Shown here one piece after another: positions 26,793 to 32,000 of a stretch of 32,000 bases of DNA. The stretch's first letter is position 1. Each line of letters begins with the position of its first letter. The DNA is from Mycoplasmoides pneumoniae FH (lineage in GTDB: Bacteria > Bacillota_I > Bacilli_A > Mycoplasmatales > Mycoplasmoidaceae), in contig NZ_CP010546.1 in the NCBI RefSeq assembly GCF_001272835.1, positions 150,803-182,802 of the forward strand, written 5' to 3'. The notes beneath the pieces were generated by a model, which saw only the letters and a list, made by a program, of their open reading frames with translations, was not told where the DNA came from and searched no databases. Made by a program: the position numbers and the translations under genes.

Positions 26793-27284
26793 TTATTTAG
26801 GCGGATCGATTTTGTCTAAACGAGTTTCTATTACGTCGAGGCGTTTACCAAAATCAGTCAAAGTGTTTCCGATTGATTCTAGACTTTTAAGCACAAGACT
26901 TTCAAAGCGATCCATGCGGGCGTTCATTGCTTCACCCTGGGTTTTGATTTGTTGACTCTGAACCATAACAACTTCAGTTAGTCGATCAACTTTGTCCTCA
27001 ACAACTTGAATCCTTTGACCCTGACTCTTTAACTCAGTTTCAATCTTTGTAAGTTTTTGGTCGTTTGAGTCTTTGTACTCGTTAAATTCTTTACGCGTTA
27101 CGTATTCTGTGTTCACTGGTATAACTGGTTTGTTAAGTTTAAATTGTCTGTTGAAACTGCCAGAGAATTCCACACTGTTGTTATTTTTATTGATGATGTA
27201 TCAACCCGAAAAAGTGCCCTTTTTGGTCTTTTTCACCATGTCATGGAATTCTTTTTCGTTATAAAACGGAATTTTCTCTTTCAT
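26793..27284 (-). CDS. DUF16 (UPF0134) family coiled-coil protein, 163 aa (diverged; no RLDSME array)
   Basis: Track ORF 26793..27173 extends through TGA 27209-27207 to ATG 27284. The N-terminus [42 protein letters not shown]... is near-identical to the 25981 gene. It ends ...[16 protein letters not shown]. Confidence 0.85.
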
Positions 27285-27370
27285 TAAGCAATAACTCCTT
27301 TCTGATTAAAGCGGTTCAAAAAACTACTACTTACAACTCTTTGTCATTGGACTTTTCAAAATTTGATCAT
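27284..27370 (-). CDS. Candidate leader peptide D, 28 aa (MIKFWKVQWQRVVSSSFLNRFNQKGVIA)
   Basis: AAGGAGC lies 10 nt upstream of ATG 27370. There are two in-frame TGA codons. TAA 27286-27284 overlaps the DUF16 ATG (TAATG). The 3' half aligns to leader C with a single 3-nt, in-frame indel. Confidence 0.4.
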
Positions 27371-27437
27371 TGTTTTAATGCTCCTTACTAACTAAATTGA
27401 CCCGCTTCATAAAAACTGCCAACCAAGTTCAAAAAAG
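27285..27437 (-). promoter_or_regulatory. Leader module copy D (diverged)
   Basis: The reverse complement reads CTTTTTTGAACTTGGTTGGCAGTTTTT...GTCAATTTAGTTAGTAAGGAGCATTAAAACAATGATCAAATTTTGAAAAG.... The layout matches copies A-C but the sequence is diverged and the GATCAG hairpin is missing. Confidence 0.5.
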
Positions 27438-27534
27438 TTTTTAAGCTATTTTTGCACCAAAATGGCGTTGTCAGTCAAACTACGACAACAACAGTTGCTG
27501 TTTGATTCTTTAAACTTAAACAGAATTAGCACCA

Positions 27535-28509
27535 ATGAATAGCCAAGTACACCGCAAGGGCTCTATTGCAGAAGCAGTTAGTGCCATCCAAGCTCATGAT
27601 AAGATCGTGATCTTCCACCACATTCGTCCTGATGGCGATTGTTTGGGCGCACAACACGGCTTAGCGCGTTTAATCCAAACTAACTTTCCCCACAAGCAGG
27701 TCTTCTGTGTTGGTGATCCCAAACACAACTTTCCCTGATTGGAGATGGTTTTCACTCCAAAGGAACAGATTACCCCGGAGTTAATGCAACAAGCCTTAGC
27801 CGTTATTGTTGATGCCAACTATAAGGAACGGATTGAGTGCCGGGACTTATTAGACCAAAACCAGTTTAAGGCAGTATTGCGGATTGACCACCACCCCAAT
27901 GAGGACGATCTCAATACGACCCATAACTTCGTTGATGCGTCTTACATTGCCGCGGCTGAACAAGTGGTAGATCTAGCGGTGCAGGCCAAATGGAAGCTTA
28001 GCCCCCCAGCGGCTACGGCGCTGTATTTAGGTATTTATACAGATAGTAATAGGTTTCTATATAGTAATACATCATGAAGAACACTATATCTAGGATCTAT
28101 GCTATATAGAGCTCAAGCTAATATAGCTAAGATCCATGATGAGTTAAACCACACTTCCTTAAAGGACATCCAGTTTAAACAATATGTCTTTAAAAACTTT
28201 CAGACCTTTCAGAATGTTATTTACTTTGTGGCCGATAAGAAGTTCCAAAAGAAATTAAAGGTAACACCCTTAGAATGTGCACGGGTAAATATCCTAGCTA
28301 ACATTGAACAATTCCACATTTGGCTGTTCTTTATAGAAGAGGGTAAGAACCACTATCGGGTCGAATTCCGTAGTAACGGAATTAACGTACGCGAAGTAGC
28401 TTTAAAGTATGGTGGCGGGGGTCATATTCAGGCCAGCGGTGCAGTTCTTAAAAGCAAGCGCGACATAATTCGTGTAGTTCAAGATTGCCAAAAGCAAATT
28501 GCTGTATAA
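27535..28509 (+). CDS. nrnA: DHH/DHHA1 family phosphoesterase (NrnA-type oligoribonuclease/pAp phosphatase), 324 aa; first gene of the P1 operon
   Basis: ORFs 27535, 27739 and 28099 share one frame across two TGA codons. DHH motifs present: HIRPDGDCLGA, VIVDAN, RIDHHPN. The DHHA1 motif is KYGGGGHIQASG. It ends 12 nt before the P1 ATG. Confidence 0.85.
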
Positions 28510-28521
28510 TTTTTAACAACT

Positions 28522-31500
28522 ATGCACCAAACCAAAAAAACTGCCTTGTCCAAGTCCACTTGGATTCTCATCCTCACCGCCACCGCCTCCCTCGCGACGG
28601 GACTCACCGTAGTGGGACACTTCACAAGTACCACCACGACGCTCAAGCGCCAGCAATTTAGCTACACCCGCCCTGACGAGGTCGCGCTGCGCCACACCAA
28701 TGCCATCAACCCGCGCTTAACCCCGTGAACGTATCGTAACACGAGCTTTTCCTCCCTCCCCCTCACGGGTGAAAATCCCGGGGCGTGGGCCTTAGTGCGC
28801 GACAACAGCGCTAAGGGCATCACTGCCGGCAGTGGCAGTCAACAAACCACGTATGATCCCACCCGAACCGAAGCGGCTTTGACCGCATCAACCACCTTTG
28901 CGTTACGCCGGTATGACCTCGCCGGGCGCGCCTTATACGACCTCGATTTTTCGAAGTTAAACCCGCAAACGCCCACGCGCGACCAAACCGGGCAGATCAC
29001 CTTTAACCCCTTTGGCGGCTTTGGTTTGAGTGGGGCTGCACCCCAACAGTGAAACGAGGTCAAAAACAAGGTCCCCGTCGAGGTGGCGCAAGACCCCTCC
29101 AATCCTTATCGGTTTGCCGTTTTACTCGTGCCGCGTAGCGTGGTGTACTATGAGCAGTTGCAGCGGGGGTTAGCGCTCCCTAACCAAGGGAGTTCGTCAG
29201 GCTCAGACAGCACTAACCAAACAGGCGCAATGTTTGGCTTGAAGGTGAAGGATGCAACCGTGGATAGTTCGAAGCAATCAACGGAAAGCTTAAAGGGCGA
29301 AGAATCGAGTTCCAGTTCCACCACATCTTCCACCTCCACCACCCAACGTGGGGGTTCGTCAAATGAAAACAAAGTCAAGGCGTTGCAGGTGGCGGTGAAA
29401 AAGAAATCCGGGAGTCAGGGCAACTCCGGTGACCAAGGCACCGAACAGGTGGAACTTGAATCTAATGATTTAGCCAACGCCCCGATTAAACGGGGCTCCA
29501 ATAACAACCAGCAAGTCCAACTCAAGGCGGACGATTTTGGTACTGCCCCTTCCAGTTCGGGATCAGGCACCCAAGATGGCACCCCCACCCCCTGAACGCC
29601 GTGGTTAACGACTGAGCAAATTCACAACGACCCCGCCAAATTCGCCGCCTCGATCCTGATTCTGTACGATGCGCCTTATGCGCGCAACCGTACCGCCATT
29701 GACCGCGTTGATCACTTGGATCCCAAGGCCATGACCGCGAACTATCCGCCCAGTTGAAGAACGCCCAAGTGAAACCACCACGGTTTGTGGGACTGAAAGG
29801 CGCGCGATGTTTTGCTCCAAACCACCGGGTTCTTCAACCCGCGCCGCCACCCCGAGTGGTTTGATGGCGGGCAGACGGTCGCGGATAACGAAAAGACCGG
29901 GTTTGATGTGGATAACTCTGAAAACACCAAGCAGGGCTTTCAAAAGGAAGCTGACTCCGACAAGTCGGCCCCGATCGCCCTCCCGTTTGAAGCGTACTTC
30001 GCCAACATTGGCAACCTCACCTGGTTCGGGCAAGCGCTTTTGGTGTTTGGTGGCAATGGCCATGTTACCAAGTCGGCCCACACCGCGCCTTTGAGTATAG
30101 GTGTCTTTAGGGTGCGCTATAATGCAACTGGTACCAGTGCTACTGTAACTGGTTGACCATATGCCTTACTGTTCTCAGGCATGGTCAACAAACAAACTGA
30201 CGGGTTAAAGAATCTACCCTTTAACAATAACCGCTGGTTTGAATATGTACCACGGATGGCAGTTGCTGGCGCTAAGTTCGTTGGTAGGGAACTCGTTTTA
30301 GCGGGTACCATTACCATGGGTGATACCGCTACCGTACCTCGCTTACTGTACGATGAACTTGAAAGCAACCTGAACTTAGTAGCGCAAGGCCAAGGTCTTT
30401 TACGCGAAGACTTGCAACTCTTCACACCCTACGGATGAGCCAATCGTCCGGATTTACCAATCGGGGCTTGAAGTAGTAGTAGTAGTAGTCACAACGCACC
30501 CTACTACTTCCACAATAACCCCGATTGACAAGACCGTCCAATCCAAAGTGTGGTTGATGCCTTTATTAAGCCCTGAGAGGACAAGAACGGTAAGGATGAT
30601 GCCAAATACATCTACCCTTACCGTTACAGTGGCATGTGAGCTTGACAGGTATACAACTGGTCCAATAAGCTCACTGACCAACCATTAAGTGCTGACTTTG
30701 TCAATGAGAATGCTTACCAACCAAACTCCTTGTTTGCTGCTATTCTCAATCCGGAATTGTTAGCAGCTCTTCCCGACAAGGTTAAATACGGTAAGGAAAA
30801 CGAGTTTGCTGCTAACGAGTACGAGCGCTTTAACCAGAAGTTAACGGTAGCTCCTACCCAAGGAACAAACTGATCCCACTTCTCCCCCACGCTTTCCCGT
30901 TTCTCCACCGGGTTCAACCTTGTGGGGTCGGTGCTCGACCAGGTGTTGGATTATGTGCCCTGGATTGGGAATGGGTACAGGTATGGCAATAACCACCGGG
31001 GCGTGGATGATATAACCGCGCCTCAAACCAGCGCGGGGTCGTCCAGCGGAATTAGTACGAACACAAGTGGTTCGCGTTCCTCTCTCCCGACGTTTTCCAA
31101 CATCGGCGTCGGCCTCAAAGCGAATGTCCAAGCCACCCTCGGGGGCAGTCAGACGATGATTACAGGCGGTTCGCCTCGAAGAACCCTCGACCAAGCCAAC
31201 CTCCAGCTCTGAACGGGGGCGGGGTGAAGGAATGATAAGGCTTCAAGTGGACAAAGTGACGACCACACCAAGTTCACGAGCGCTACGGGGATGGGCCAGC
31301 AGGAACAATCAGGTACCTCCGCGGGGAATCCCGACTCGTTAAAGCAGGATAAGATTAGTAAGAGTGGGGATAGTTTAACCACGCAGGACGGCAATGCGAT
31401 GGATCAACAAGAGGCCACCAACTACACCAACCTCCCCCCCAACCTCACCCCCACCGCTGATTGACCGAACGCGCTGTCATTCACCAACAAGAACAACGCG

Positions 31501-32000
31501 CAGCGCGCCCAGCTGTTCCTGCGCGGCCTGTTGGGCAGCATCCCGGTGTTGGTTAATAAGTCCGGCCAAGATGATAACAGTAAGTTTAAGGCGGAGGACC
31601 AAAAATGGTCCTACACCGACTTACAGTCGGACCAAACCAAACTGAACCTCCCCGCTTACGGTGAGGTGAATGGGTTGTTGAATCCGGCGTTGGTGGAAAC
31701 CTATTTTGGGAACACGCGAGCGAGTGGTTCGGGGTCCAACACGACCAGTTCACCCGGTATCGGTTTTAAAATTCCCGAACAAAGTGGCACAAACACAACG
31801 TCGAAGGCTGTGCTGATCACCCCCGGGTTGGCTTGAACGCCGCAAGACGTTGGTAACCTCGTTGTCAGTGGCACCAGCTTCAGCTTCCAGCTCGGCGGGT
31901 GGTTAGTTACGTTCACGGACTTTATCAAACCCCGCGCTGGTTACCTCGGGCTCCAGTTAACGGGCTTGGATGCAAGTGATGCGACGCAGCGCGCTCTCAA
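28522..32000 (+). CDS. p1: Cytadhesin P1, 5' 3.5 kb (continues past the window end)
   Basis: ATG 28522. All seven large track ORFs (28522, 28795, 29083, 29812, 30181, 30922, 31531) are in frame 1 and are separated only by TGA. The N-terminus [69 protein letters not shown]... matches the P1 precursor sequence as I remember it. The gene is GC-rich relative to its surroundings. Confidence 0.95.
30472..30489 (+). repeat. (AGT)6 trinucleotide repeat encoding Ser6 within P1
   Basis: Six consecutive in-frame AGT codons were read directly, in the context GCT TGA (AGT)6 CAC. Confidence 0.95.

Noticed and set aside
1-32000. A search for mobile-element or defence hallmarks: transposase or integrase motifs, terminal inverted repeats with target duplications, restriction-modification, toxin-antitoxin pairs, cas genes and phage genes.
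   Set aside because: None were recognised. All repeats here are P1-derived (RepMP4, RepMP2/3) or DUF16/leader-module (RepMP1-like) sequences, with no associated recombinase gene in the window.

Overview
This window reads as a low-GC Mollicutes chromosome that uses genetic code 4 (UGA = Trp). Nearly every long gene is split at in-frame TGA in the supplied standard-code ORF track. Each becomes one continuous, recognisable protein once TGA is read as Trp. From memory, gene content and order match Mycoplasma (Mycoplasmoides) pneumoniae from infC to the first 3.5 kb of the P1 cytadhesin gene; no search was run.

Core genes, in order:
- infC-rpmI-rplT, then rnhC
- the J-domain terminal-organelle protein TopJ, grpE, and a small hypothetical gene
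- tRNA-Thr(GGU)
- parE-parC, hrcA, uvrC, and a YfcE-type phosphoesterase
- a lipoprotein SNase-type nuclease followed by a ugpC/A/E-type ABC importer
- nrnA (DHH/DHHA1), then P1

Two accessory stretches (about 13.3-20.5 kb and 25.4-27.5 kb) are patchworks of repeat families. They hold one RepMP4-type and two RepMP2/3-type GC-rich partial copies of P1. All three lie in the same orientation as P1, and each is disabled relative to the P1 frame in a different way. They also hold three DUF16 coiled-coil genes with 21-nt heptad arrays, two small paralogous genes, and a membrane-protein locus spread over several frames.

I see no transposase, integrase, CRISPR array, restriction or defence genes, or other multi-gene novel system. 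The least-described signal I can support directly is a four-copy leader module of about 150-180 nt. It has a strong GGAGG/AAGGAG Shine-Dalgarno site and a short UGA-containing leader ORF (38, 38, 38 and 28 aa). That ORF always ends on or within a few nucleotides of the start codon of the downstream gene.

Other points worth a second look:
- T-homopolymer frame breaks in the membrane locus
- a roughly 220-residue charged insertion inside the UgpC ATPase
- a nuclease plus ABC importer with no binding-protein gene
- a hidden 52-aa membrane ORF after ugpE
- near-identical inverted DUF16 segments bracketing 11.5 kb
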